A stretch of 53,571 bases of DNA, counting the filler, from Squatina squatina (Eukaryota): NCBI GenBank assembly GCA_031763465.1. It is 3 parts of 2 records of this genome, joined end to end, with 100 filler letters (N's around TTAATTAATTAA, not from the genome) between each part and the next. Parts side by side here need not be neighbours in the genome. Positions count along the whole stretch, not along the records: positions 31,716 to 53,571 come from JARFOE010000192.1; 2 more parts are not named here. One strand, written 5' to 3'. Under the pieces are notes generated by a model that was not told where the DNA came from, searched no databases, and was given only the letters and a program-made list of their open reading frames with translations. Of the stretch, positions 37,630 through 50,199 are shown piece by piece. Both the position numbers and the translations under genes were made by a program. Positions within the stretch are counted from its first letter, which is position 1; each line of letters opens with the position of its first letter.

Positions 37630-38706
37630 GTGGGGAACTAAACCATTTCACAGCTTGCATGACATCATTAGGCCCTTCCAGGTTCAGATGCAGTCGAGAG
37701 CTCCCTCTACCAGCGATGAACCCAGAAATTCAAATCTGTATTGATATGTGTTGAGCCAATTGGAATTTGTTCANNNNNNNNNNNNNNNNNNNNNNNNNNN
37801 NNNNNNNNNNNNNNNNNNNNNNNNNNNNNNNNNNNNNNNNNNNNNNNNNNNNNNNNNNNNNNNNNNNNNNNNNGCAAGCCCCACCCTCTATCCACTTTCC
37901 GAGAGATACAACACTTGCTGCAGGAATTTTACTGAAATCATCAGAAAGTAGCCTTGTGTTTATTTACCGTTCAAGAGAGGCAGAGACACAGAGTGGAATC
38001 TGTATATTTCTGCAACTGTGATATTTATTGAAGGAAGGCAGTATTTTCCCAGGATCCAATCACAAAACAATTAATTCAATGTTTTCAGAGATCTAAATAG
38101 AAACTTACAAACCAATACTGCAAGCCACAGGACTCCCCTCTCTCCAACTGCTACAGATACCCAATGATTCACCTCTCTCAGCTTCCTCCTCCATAGTATT
38201 GTCAAATGTACTACTAAAGGTCAGGAAAGCCCCTCTCCCACTGCTTGTAAACTCCATGACCATCCCCTTTCAGTGTCCCGTAACAGATGCCTATCTCTAG
38301 TCTGGGATAGGATGCATATTATCATGCTGTATATCTTCAGCTTTAAAACTGGTAAGGAATAAAAATTAAATACATAGATTAAGGAATATATATATATATA
38401 TCAATATAATGGTCCAGATTTTCCTGCAATGGCAATAGTCTGTAAATTTTGCAGTTTAACACACCAATTTTGCTATTACTTTCCTATATTTCTAATTAGA
38501 CAGTAAAATAAACAGCTCTGGAACTCAATCTTCAAAATAACTGCAAAAATCCCAGAATACTATTTAATGGAAATAAAATTTTACTGATAAATTACTGGCC
38601 CTGGGAACACATTATGGAGGTGAATTTCCTCACTGTTTCCAGCACACTTACCACACTGGAATGGTGCTAATAAATTTTTCTTCAATAGCAATAAAATTCG
38701 GGAGAG

Positions 38707-38784
38707 ATTACATAGAAAATGCGATACAGAAACAGGCCATTCGGCCCAACCAGTCCATGCCGGCATTTATGCTCCACTTGAGCC
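38707..38784 (-). mobile_element. CR1-type LINE/SINE 3' tail running into gap
   Basis: acagaaacaggccattcggcccaaccagtccatgccgg is the reverse complement of the ...tgggccgaatggcctgtttctgt tail. Confidence 0.75.
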
Positions 38785-40242
38785 NNNNNNNNNNNNNNNN
38801 NNNNNNNNNNNNNNNNNNNNNNNNNNNNNNNNNNNNNNNNNNNNNNNNNNNNNNNNNNNNNNNNNNNNNNNNNNNNNNNNNNNNNNNNNNNNNNNNNNNN
38901 NNNNNNNNNNNNNNNNNNNNNNNNNNNNNNNNNNNNNNNNNNNNNNNNNNNNNNNNNNNNNNNNNNNNNNNNNNNNNNNNNNNNNNNNNNNNNNNNNNNN
39001 NNNNNNNNNNNNNNNNNNNNNNNNNNNNNNNNNNNNNNNNNNNNNNNNNNNNNNNNNNNNNNNNNNNNNNNNNNNNNNNNNNNNNNNNNNNNNNNNNNNN
39101 NNNNNNNNNNNNNNNNNNNNNNNNNNNNNNNNNNNNNNNNNNNNNNNNNNNNNNNNNNNNNNNNNNNNNNNNNNNNNNNNNNNNNNNNNNNNNNNNNNNN
39201 NNNNNNNNNNNNNNNNNNNNNNNNNNNNNNNNNNNNNNNNNNNNNNNNNNNNNNNNNNNNNNNNNNNNNNNNNNNNNNNNNNNNNNNNNNNNNNNNNNNN
39301 NNNNNNNNNNNNNNNNNNNNNNNNNNNNNNNNNNNNNNNNNNNNNNNNNNNNNNNNNNNNNNNNNNNNNNNNNNNNNNNNNNNNNNNNNNNNNNNNNNNN
39401 NNNNNNNNNNNNNNNNNNNNNNNNNNNNNNNNNNNNNNNNNNNNNNNNNNNNNNNNNNNNNNNNNNNNNNNNNNNNNNNNNNNNNNNNNNNNNNNNNNNN
39501 NNNNNNNNNNNNNNNNNNNNNNNNNNNNNNNNNNNNNNNNNNNNNNNNNNNNNNNNNNNNNNNNNNNNNNNNNNNNNNNNNNNNNNNNNNNNNNNNNNNN
39601 NNNAATAATCATTCTCCATATATACTTAACATTAAAACATTTTTTTTCTTTGTTTTGTGGGTGTATGACGTGCATAAGAACCCATCACTGTACTTAAGAG
39701 TTTACAAGCCAAACTACTCAGAAAATCCACAGAAGTAGTTTCCATTTACCTGATCTGGTGTACATACTGTTTTCCAGTGTGGTCATACCTCATTGGCCTA
39801 AACTTAGAGAAGAGGTCGGCAACAGCCAAGGCTCAGGGACCTCCAGTGTGTATAGGGGTTCTGCTGGAACCTAAGTGGTTAGAACTGCTCAGCTTGCCAG
39901 CACAGAACACTGGTAAGTTTGCCCAGCTGAAACTAGCCTAACTGTTATGTCATTTGGCCTGCAGTGTTAATCTGTAGCTGAGAGAATCCCTGCCCCCAGT
40001 GACAGGTGTATTCATCCGGGTCCCATCAATGAGCTAGCCTGGCTGGTCAATCAGTAATAGTGTCCCGAAGTACTGCAGCCCTGTCTGAATCAGGAACAGA
40101 TCAAATGCACTGATATATTGGCTACAGAAGCCAATTTTCCATTTGAAGCTTTTATATTGATCTCTAGTTAAGTAATACTTATACAGATATATGTTCAATA
40201 AATGTATTGCAGTATAACAGGATTGAGATTTTAGACATTTAC

Positions 40243-40475
40243 TTTTCCATTTGTTCAGATGGAGGTTTGTAAAAATGGGATATTTTGGTGAGATATATTA
40301 CACGATCATCAGCTTGTGGAAACTAGATTTGGCAGACGTGAAGCAAGCCCAGAACCTCAGAGTCGGAGACTTGCTGCATCTCTACCAGCTCCAGTTTCCA
40401 CAGGATGATGATGGTGTAACATATCTCAATGAAACATCCCAGTTTTACAGACTGCAACTGAAAGAATGGAGAAAA
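40243..40475. repeat. ~230-bp imperfect palindrome (fold-back element)
   Basis: Left arm tgtaaaaatgggatattttggtgagatatattacacgatcatcagcttgtggaaact aligns to the reverse complement of the right arm tgtaaaactgggatgtttcattgagatatgttacaccatcatcatcctgtggaaact. Centre near 40358. Confidence 0.9.
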
Positions 40476-41814
40476 TAAAGTATCAGCTACAACACAAATC
40501 CCAGCTGTGATGTTATACTTTGTGTTTACTAAATGTATAAATAATATCCCAGAAAACATATTTACATAGGACCTTATACATACATACACGTATAGACTGT
40601 TGAACCAGACATCTTGCTGTTAATATTACTCAATTTATGGCAATTTGGATATCTATAAAAGGTAACAAATCTCAGTTTTGCTCTTTATATAGCCAACGCC
40701 GATATGTAGTCTTTCCTATAACCGTTAGGCTGTATACAATATTTAAGTCTAGCTCGCTCCTCTACGTATAATAGGATTCCTTTTCCCCCGGTCTATTTTT
40801 ATAAATATCGATACTATAGATAGCTGCACTACAGTTACGCACACTCCCATGAAGTCTATATTGACTGAAAAGTATTTGTTGCCTTATTCACTGGCCACAC
40901 GTCAATATTNNNNNNNNNNNAAAATGTAACATTCACTTCTGCTATGTTCTGAAATGTGAGAATCCTTTTCCTGTGCAGCAGTTAGATATAGTCAGTTTTC
41001 TGTTTAAAAATGGATCAGATTTCTGATGATCTGTAGGTCTAAACTGCCAAGTAAATCCAGGAAGTTATAAAATATAGAATGCACATGACAGCCCCATGGT
41101 GTTGATAGACAGCAGCCTGACATGGATCAGTTTAGATTTTCTTCTTTGTGCCAGTTCTTTATAATTTACATGAATATCAGCACAAATAATCAACTGTGGA
41201 TTTTTATATGCACATGAAGCAACACGCATCTGCAGTTTTGTGATTTGTTTTATTGTGGGAACATGTTTATCTTCAAGTGCCAGGTTCTTGGTCTACTTGG
41301 CTCCTAGCCTCCGTTCTTTCTATTTGCTTGACAGCTGTTTGAGAAAGCTGAGCTGACTGTGAATGCATGAATACTGCTCACTTCATACTTTCACTGTAAG
41401 ATTTGATTAACAACAAATCTGTTTCACAGTACGGATTATTCTTCACCCTCNNNNNNNNNNNNNNNNNNNNNNNNNNNNNNNNNNNNNNNNNNNNNNNNNN
41501 NNNNNNNNNNNNNNNNNNNNNNNNNNNNNNNNNNNNNNNNNNNNNNNNNNTAATGGAGTCTGACTAATGCCTTCAATAAAAAGTAATTGAGAATCGTATG
41601 CTCATCTAGGTGAGGGATGTTACTGCCGAGGAATGGAACACTTGCCATTTCAGCCAGTCAGGTGACTATTGAACATTACCGGATCAGGTATGGTGCAGTT
41701 ATAGGCCGAGTAAAACTTCCTCCATTCTACGTACCTCAACTCCGATTTCAGAAGAGCACACCCTACTGCACCAATCCTTCCACTTGCCCCCCTTTAAAGG
41801 GAAACTACATAAGT

Positions 41815-41936
41815 ACAGTCAGGAGAAAGGAATAGTAGGACGTGTTGATAGGGTGAAATGAAGCTGGGAGGAAGCTTGCATGGAGCATCAGCACCGGAGT
41901 AGGCCGAATGGCCTGTTTCTTTGCTGTAAGTACTAT
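41815..41936 (+). mobile_element. CR1-type 3' tail
   Basis: ...tgggaggaagcttgcatggagcatcagcaccggagtaggccgaatggcctgtttctttgctgtaagtactat. Confidence 0.7.
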
Positions 41937-42531
41937 GGGCTGGATTATCCCGGGTCCCTCCCACATGGGGTGGGGGGTGAGGACTTGGGACACTGCGGGA
42001 AACCCTGAAGTTCAGGTTTAACTCCACAGCGTGCTTGCGACATCGGGGGTTCCCTGCCCGGAGGTCAGCCTGATTGACAGGCTTGGTTTCCAGTCTGGGC
42101 GCAGAGGCCGCAGGACCAAGTAGGTATGATCCCCGACCCCGGGGGGCGGTCCGATCACACACCCTGGTGGGGGGGTCCAATCCTGGGGGTGGTGTTTGTA
42201 TGGGGGGGTGGGTGGTTCTGATGGTGGGGAGCTTGGGTGGCTGGGAGGAAGTACTGCTCCTCCCGGCCCACTTACCTTCTCCCTGAAGCTGTCCTCGCCA
42301 CGCTGCAGCTGCTGGGTTTCCTGAGGCCCAGGAAACCAGGTAAATCCAAGCCTTCCAGCCTCGCTAACGTAGTTAAAATGCCAACCTGCCTCCTGGGAGC
42401 GCTCGTCCCTTGTCTCGCCTCAGTAAAGCCCAGAAATCATTGGTTTGCGAGTCGACATGCTCGGTAATTTTGCCCATTTAACCTCCCACCCGCACCCGCT
42501 CCCATCCACTCACCCATGTTAAAATGTCCCC
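41937..42531. mobile_element. GC-rich non-autonomous DNA transposon (Harbinger-like MITE)
   Basis: Sharp GC-rich block bounded by gggctggattat... and ...aaaatgtcccc, interrupting the CR1 tail. Confidence 0.65.
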
Positions 42532-43162
42532 TTATGTTTCTGAAGATATAGTATGGTGATCTGAGGTCTGGAATCTGCTTCTGTATGGTGCATAGTCTGG
42601 TCCAAGTACACATCATGGTAACAGTGATAATTGCAGATATATTCAGCATATCAGAAAGTCTATACTCACTTGGACTATGGGCATAATTTCTGTCATAATC
42701 TCTTGTTTAAATTCTTTTTTGATTATGTTTAAGAGCTACCAATCAAAAGGCTCCGTATTTTGCTTCAGTCAATTTTTCCAACAGAATTTCAAAAATGGGA
42801 ATGCAAATATCTTGCCAACCATGATGCACCTGTAACAATGTTCATTTTACATTTCTCAAGCAGATAATTGGCATTAATGATGTGTTTATCCAGCTGTGAT
42901 TACACAATTCTAACTTAAAATGGCCCAGGAAAGAATTATTGAAGCCAATTTTACAGACTGGGATATGGAGATCCTATTAGATGGCTTAACTAAATTATGT
43001 GTGTCTAGACCCAACTCCCAGTGGCATCCTTGACCCAACCTAGCTTGACATGACTCTTACAGNNNNNNNNNNNNNNNNNNNNNNNNNNNNNNNNNNNNNN
43101 NNNNNNNNNNNNNNNNNNNNNNNNNNNNNNNNNNNNNNNNNNNNNNNNNNNNNNNNNNNNNN

Positions 43163-43380
43163 AGAGGGTGGTGAACCTGTGGAATTCTCTACCACAGAAG
43201 GCCGTGGCGGCCAAATCATTAAATATATTCAAGAAGGAGATAGATATATTGCTTGATAGTAAAGGCATCAAGGGATATGGGGAGAAAGCGGGAACATGGT
43301 ACTAAGTTAGAGGGTCAGCCATGATCGTATTGAATGGCAGAGCAAATGGCCTACTCCTGCTCCTATTTTCTATGTTTCTA
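43163..43380 (+). mobile_element. CR1-clade LINE 3' end
   Basis: Encodes RVVNLWNSLPQKAVAAKSLNIFKKEID, then the tail aatggcctactcctgctcctattttctatgtttcta. Confidence 0.9.
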
Positions 43381-44410
43381 TTTTGACACGGTTGACTCGC
43401 CCATCCTCCTCCAATGCCTGTCTGTCATCCAGCTGGGTGGGACTGCCCTCGCCTGGTTCCACTCTCGCCTATCCAATTGTAGTCAGAGGATCTCCTGCAA
43501 TGGCTTCTCTTCCCACCCCCACAACCTACCCTTGACCATCTCCTATTTCTCATCTACACGCTACCCTTCAACGACATCATCTGAAGACATGATGTCAGGT
43601 TCCGCCTATATGCTGAAAAATATCAAGCTCTATCTCTCCGCCATGTCTTCCAACCTCTCTGCAGTTTCCTTCAATTAAATGATGGGAAAACCAAAACCAT
43701 TGCCCTTGGCCCCTGCCACGAACTCCGTACCCTTGCCACTGATTCCATCTCCTCCGGACACTGTCTCAGACTAAACCAAACTGTTCGCAACCTTGGCATC
43801 CTATCCGACTCCTCTGCTTCACAAAGACTGCCTACTTTCACCTCCATAACCTCTGCCTCAGTATGTTTCCTTCTGAAACTCTCATCCTTGCTTTTATCAC
43901 CTCTGTACTTGTCTATTCCAATGCTATCCTAGATGGCCTCTCATCCTCTGCCCTCTATAAACTTGAGGTAGTCCAAAACTCTGCTGCCCATATACTAAAC
44001 CACACCAAGTACTGCTCACCTATCGTCCCTATTTTTGCTGACCTACATTGGTGATACTTCAACGCATCAAATTTAAAATCCTCATCCTCCTGTTCAAAAC
44101 CCCAAAACCCTTCATAGTCTTCCCCCTCCCTAACTCTAACCTCCTCCAACCTTCCAACTCTGTGCTCTGGCCTCTTAAGCATTTCCCACTCCCTTTGCCC
44201 CACCATTGGTAGGTATGCTTTCAGCTGTGTACCTGAATCTATGGAATTCCCTTTGTAAAAATGTCCCCTCTTTATTGTTCTCTCCTGCTTTAAGACACTG
44301 TTTCAAACATACCTCTTTGACCAAGCTTTTAGTTATCTCTCCTAATATCTTCTTTGGCTTTGTGCCAATTTTTGTCTAATTATGCTTCTGTGAAGTGCTT
44401 TGGGATGTTT
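43381..44410 (+). mobile_element. Degenerate L2-clade LINE: RT region to 3' end
   Basis: FDTVDSPILLQ...GGTALAWFHS.LSNCSQ, ETLILAFITS..YSNAIL.GL...LYKLEVVQNSAAHIL and PIFADLHW are L2 ORF2 motifs, frameshifted. Tail tgtgaagtgctttggg. Confidence 0.88.
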
Positions 44411-45767
44411 TTTGTTCAATTTGTTGTTGCTGTTGAATGGCTTGGCCTTTTCCCCAGACCCCTGGCCAGACACAATAAAAATATCCTGCAGCTATTGGGT
44501 AGCATTTTACCCCTCCGTACAGTGACAGAAATAAATGGGCCAGTACCGCATTTAGAAAAATACATCATTTTTATCACAGTCATATCTTAGCAATACCGAG
44601 GATCCAAATGTGATTTTTTTTTAACATACAAACACAAAACCTGTAACATTGTGAAGTGCTTTGGATGTAAGAGCAATACTGTGGGAAATGGGATTAGCAA
44701 AGGCAGCTCAAATTGAACAAATAGCACCAGCACTGGCTGGCTGAGTCAAATGTCACCCTTCTGCGTTGTAAATTTCTATGATTCTAAAATGTAGTCGTTC
44801 ATCAGTGGGGAATAACTCACGTGGCAACTCCCTGTAGGAGCCAATTGTGTAAAAAAATATAGAAATCAATTGGAATGTTTTCTCTGTTCCTTCTGGCAGT
44901 CTTGCAGTATTACAGTATTACAGATGGGATTGGTTTTCATAGCTTCAACCTTCTTTACCAGGTGGTGTACTACATTTTCCAACTTCTTCACACGCGACTA
45001 TTTGAATATTTTCCAAACTCCACTGCTGAGAAATTTTTCAATGCTATCCATTCTGTTAATAATCATAATGTTAGCATACAAGTATCAACTATTTGGTCAA
45101 GCCTGGCCCAAAGAGGCTCTACAGTATTTACAGGGAATATATTTTGGATTATTTTAACTAAGTTGGCACCAAGTTTCCCCATGCCAAAGCTCCTGCCTCA
45201 AGCATGCAAGTCCAAAATGTGAAAGGTAATGATTTTCATTAATCCTTTTTCAGCATTCTTTTTGTTTGGTTCTCAAAATGTCTCCTCAAAATAGAATAGC
45301 TAAGAAACAAGTATGAAGTACAATCATTGCCTGAATCTTCATTTATTTTCAAATAAAGCTGGATTAGTTTACTGGAGAGTAACCAGATGTTGAACTGCAG
45401 AGAAGCTTTACTGATAATCCTGTTCTGCATTGAGAATCGTGACTGTGAATACTCTGCAGTGTTGTTAAGTATAAAAGGGGGAAAAAGTTGTGTTCACCAA
45501 CAAAGTTGCTGGTGTCACCGGCAACAGCAGTTAATGGCCATTAGAAATGGCCACAATGCTAACCGAGTGAAATTGGTCTGAGGGGCCATGGAGATAGGTG
45601 GCACAGCGCTCACCTTCCATGCAATGTCATCCTGGTGGCGTTGCTGACGGGATCCGGAATGACGTTTNNNNNNNNNNNNNNNNNNNNNNNNNNNNNNNNN
45701 NNNNNNNNNNNNNNNNNNNNNNNNNNNNNNNNNNNNNNNNNNNNNNNNNNNNNNNNNNNNNNNNNNN

Positions 45768-47037
45768 ACAGGGTACTCCTTGCTAACATGGCTCATGACC
45801 CCACTTCACAACCTCCGCACTGTGCCTGAACGGGTCTCCTGGTTTGTAGTCGTCTGCTGCATGCTGCACAACCTGGCCATCCAGAGGGCAGAACCACTGG
45901 ACGATGAGGCACCGTGAACCGTCCACAAGCAAAGGGGCCTCCAGATGCACCTCGTAGTCAGGGTGTGGAGCTTCAAGAGTTCTCCAAAGAGACATCTGAG
46001 GAAGAAGATGAAAGCGAGGAGGACGGTGAGTTGGAGGACCCTGCAGTGCAGCAGCACCGAGTGGCGGGGGAGAGGGTAATCCAGTCCAGCAAGAAGGGAT
46101 CCAGCAAGGGAGGCCAGGCAGAACCTCATAGAGGCTCGATTTCAGTCGCTTTCCACATCAACACAGCCATCTCCATAAATGTTTCCAGGCAGTAGATTAA
46201 TTGTAGGCCCCTCAATCCATTCCCCTCACTCAATTCCATGACCACACATGACCACTTTGCAAAAATGCCCACCAGACCCTATAATGAAAGGCATACACAT
46301 TGAGGTTTCGACAACTTACATTTCGGACAATTCATAACTGTGACTACTATGTCAATAAAGCTCTTGACCCTTGTGTTTCCTTAACTGACCCTTCACCTTC
46401 TTCAAACTTCTATTTCTTCTGAGTGGTACAATGGCACAGAGTAAATGTGAGGAATGCTGGAGCAAGTATCCTTGCTTTTATACAAATGCACAAAATGGCC
46501 AAGTGATTGAACAACCATGTGAATCAGCTGCAAGAGGTTATTGCATTGAGGAGTGATTGCCATGATCTCCAGCATTAATTCATGTCTCAGCTTCTACAGT
46601 CTGGCTTGATCGACTTCAGCGATCTGTTAGATGCAATCTGGCCTCAGATGTCCTTGAAGGAGGGCTTCTTCCCCAGAGGCTTTTCTGCTCGCCCTTCCTT
46701 AAAAAAGTTGTGAGAGGGTGGTGTGATTGCCTTCAATCTGTTGCGAAGTCCTTAAGGCAGCAACAATGTCCTGCACTCGGCACTCTTCTTCTTTCAGGAG
46801 CGATCTACAGCAATCAATGGGAGGCCCATGCAATGTCAAGGTAGCGTAGCGCCTCCGAAGCCAGCGGGGCCTCTCAGCGATTAGCACCTAAAGTGCCCGC
46901 TTTACGCTTGCCGATATCGCCTCCCGGGACAAAAGTGGCTAATTTTGCACCGTCATTGCGCCTCCGATTGGAGGCACCAATTTCTTATAAGCTTTCTGCT
47001 TAGCGCCTTCACGGAGGCACTAGCCAATTTCACTCCC
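45768..47037 (+). mobile_element. Defective PIF/Harbinger DNA transposon: transposase C-terminus to right end
   Basis: 45771-45917 encodes GYSLLTWLMTPLHNLRTVPERVSWFVVVCCMLHNLAIQR (HARBI1-like GY.L..WLMTP and CCMLHN motifs), followed by an acidic tract. GC-rich subterminus ends aatttcactccc followed by TAA. Confidence 0.85.
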
Positions 47038-48019
47038 TAAATATTTCCATTTCAGAGTCAGACATCCTTTTCTAATCATGTGAACTTGAACACATTGTCT
47101 GGAGCAGTCAAGTATTTATTTTAATAGAAAAGTTCACTGGCAATTTTATTAATGGGAAATACCACAACACTTTCCAAATGATGCTGCCAATTGATTGGAT
47201 TGAATGCATTTGAGGAAAAAGGGATATTTCTATATCTAAAGTGGCAGAAAAGGCAAGATTATAAAAACCGGGAAATCTATGACTCATAAATGCAGAAAGA
47301 GTGGAATTTGAAAGATTTAGCCAGGAAGACAAAATATATCTTTTGGAATCACCAATCTATCTTGTGGTACTGTACAGCTGTTCACATTTGGAGATTACAG
47401 AGTATCAATGTAATGTTGTTGCAGTGTCTGTGGCAGATTCTTGGAATTCCCAGGCAAAATTCCCTTTGAGACAATAGCATCAGGGCCCTGTTGGCTCTGG
47501 AACCTATTTTCTCAAGAGCCTAGAATTAGCTGTTGGTATAAAGTTTTACGTCACACTTGAGTGATACTGGCCAGCAATGTCGGGAGAGTGGTATAGTATT
47601 TGCTTGCAGTCCGTTTCCCAACACAAACTAAATTCTTTCAGAAGAATTTTTACTTTGAGTGCTAATGTGGTTAAGTAGTGGACCACACCAATTCATCCAA
47701 CAGCTGAGGCATTTAAGGAAAACCCAGCCCATGTTGCTTTAGGAGTGTCAACTCCCACAGACAGTAATGTGGCTGAGGTTTATTTAGCAGGGAGGTAGCG
47801 ACAGAGTTGTTCCATCTCCCTCAGGAAGACCTCTTTATTACAAGTAACATTCATATGGCACTAAAAATGGCTACCAAATTCGATATGGCCCTCAGTTTTC
47901 ATACTGTGTACTCCATGCTCCTTCTAAACTAGCAACTGAGGGTATCTGCAGTGTCAGTCAGTTTGCTGTTCTCTGATGTATCATACAGGTCATAGATGCA
48001 TTATTCAGTAGGGCCAATC

Positions 48020-48347
48020 GCTTCATCATTTTTGCCACTGACCAGAACAGCAATATGTGATCTCTACCACCAAGAAGGGAAAGAGTAGCAATGTCACAGT
48101 AACGCCATCACATCCAAGTTCCCCTCCCAGTTGCACAACATCATCACTTGGGCATAACTTGCCGTTCCTTCACCGTCATTTGGACAATAACCTGAAATTC
48201 CCTACCTAACACCTTCATTACCATCACCACAAGGACTACAGCACTTCAAGGAGAAAGTCCACTACCACCTTCTCAGGTCAAACAGGGTTGGGCAATAAAT
48301 ATGGCCTTGCCAGCATTGCCCACATCCAGAGAACAAATTTAAAAAAA
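48020..48347 (+). mobile_element. Degenerate LINE 3' end (CR1/L2 group)
   Basis: ...gaaattccctacctaac...ttcaaggagaaagtccactaccaccttctc...gggcaataaatatggccttgccagcattgcccacatcc followed by an A-rich tail. Confidence 0.7.
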
Positions 48348-50063
48348 ACACAAAAGCTCCTGGAACCAATAGGGCGCTGATTCATTTAAAGTCTTCTCTT
48401 AATTAATTTGCTTGAACAGTCAAATCCCATGTGTGGGATTTACAAAACACAATCAGTGAACATAAGGCCCATTCATCCCAGATTACTGACAGCACAATTA
48501 AACTACATCAACGGCCATCGTCTTGAAACACAATGCGAACAATTCTGTTTAGCTAAATGATTCAGTTAAGTTAATGACAATTTCTGACACATACCTTGCC
48601 TACAGGCATAACTATTCATNNNNNNNNNNACTGAGATGTCTAGCAAAATCTCTATCCTGCTTCCTGAAGGAGCTGGTTAATTCTCAAGAAGGAGGTTAAA
48701 CAACAGTACATTTTTTTGTCCTGGTTTATATTTCATGCACATCTACATACTTTATATTGCTTCAATAATATTTGATAAATCACACTGTCTGTTGTATTGC
48801 GTTCAGCTCTCTCACTAATAGAACGCATATATAAAGCACCCCCTTTATAATTTACACAGCTCCTTACACAATACCATTTGTATGACTTGCACAAATGAGT
48901 CTCGCTGCACAACTTATATCAACCATGTTAATCTCTTCATATTTATGGTAACTGATGTATAATTTGTGATGATATCAGACCTTGCCAGATATTTAGGTAT
49001 TCCATATTGATTATGTTTGAAGTACAGCTGATTAAAACAGCAAAAGGAAATAACTAAGCTTTAAGAATGTTGCAGTAATCATGAAGCTGAGATTTCTGAA
49101 TGCAGCGTAAGTTCCAAATTGCACACTAAGAAAAGATTATATTAACATGGAAACCTGGCAGAAAATATTCATGAAACAATCATTTGTTTATTAAAGATAG
49201 ATGAAAGGTTTGGAATATCTATGTTCTGTAGGGAAATGCCGACAGTAGGAAAGAGATTTGTAAGAACAGATATTGAGGTCAAGTACAGAGGGATCGCAGT
49301 AACAAGTCAATGCGGCAGTTTCTTGTTGTGTGCTACCTTGCTTTCACATTTGCAAAATCATGGCTGTGCTCCTACTATCTTATCTCATTCCATAAAAATT
49401 TTCAATAAAATCCACAGGGCATGAGGGTAGTATTATAATTAAGTATTTTCACAATGAATGAATACTTTTGTTTCATCTGTATTTCAACTATCACAAGCCT
49501 CAGAACAATATTTCTCTTATTAATACTTGTCTGGAAAGATATCTGTTAACTAGTGGAACAAAGTGCTCCAGTATTGGAATTGATTGAGATTAAGTTCCCA
49601 ATTATGTTTCAAAAGGCAATAACACCAGGCTGTGTGGGAATTGGAAATGTCAACATCAGTGAAAGATGTGATTCTGATTTGGTGTGAGACATGTTGTCAC
49701 AGAGTGGGGAGAGTTGGACAGGAATGATAAATCTTGCTTGATTGACATTGTTGCTGGGACGTTAACTGCCATCTGGTTTCCAGAAACCACTGGTGAGTTA
49801 ATTTCTTGCCCACACTTCTAGGTGGAAAGCGGTGGTAAATCGCAAAGCCCAGAGGCTGCCCAGCGACAGTAGATAAGTGGTGGGATTGGCTGCTGCCCTG
49901 CCCCGTGATTGGGATTAGGGGAGGGGGGCGAATTTTCAGCAGGGGACGCCTAAGCTTTCCTTGNNNNNNNNNNNNNNNNNNNNNNNNNNNNNNNNNNNNN
50001 NNNNNNNNNNNNNNNNNNNNNNNNNNNNNNNNNNNNNNNNNNNNNNNNNNNNNNNNNNNNNNN

Positions 50064-50199
50064 TTGAATCAAGGGTTATGGGGAGAAGGTGGGAAGGTGG
50101 ATTTGAGGAATGTCGGATCAGCCGTGATCCAATTAAATGATGGAGCGGGCTCGACGGGCCGAATGGCCTACTCCTGCTCCTACTTCTTATGGTCTTATG
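50064..50199 (+). mobile_element. CR1-type 3' tail
   Basis: gatcagccgtgatc...atggagcgggctcgacgggccgaatggcctactcctgctcctacttcttatggtcttatg; same tail type as 43163-43380. Confidence 0.85.

Noticed and set aside
40251-40478. 75-aa ORF as an exon, and a TGA/His-rich minus frame suggesting selenoprotein P
   Set aside because: Both are by-products of the DNA palindrome. There are no SelP motifs and no SECIS was seen.
44870-45222. Overlapping 95- and 115-aa ORFs after an acceptor-like tract
   Set aside because: No recognisable family and no convincing donor; cannot be supported without a homology search.
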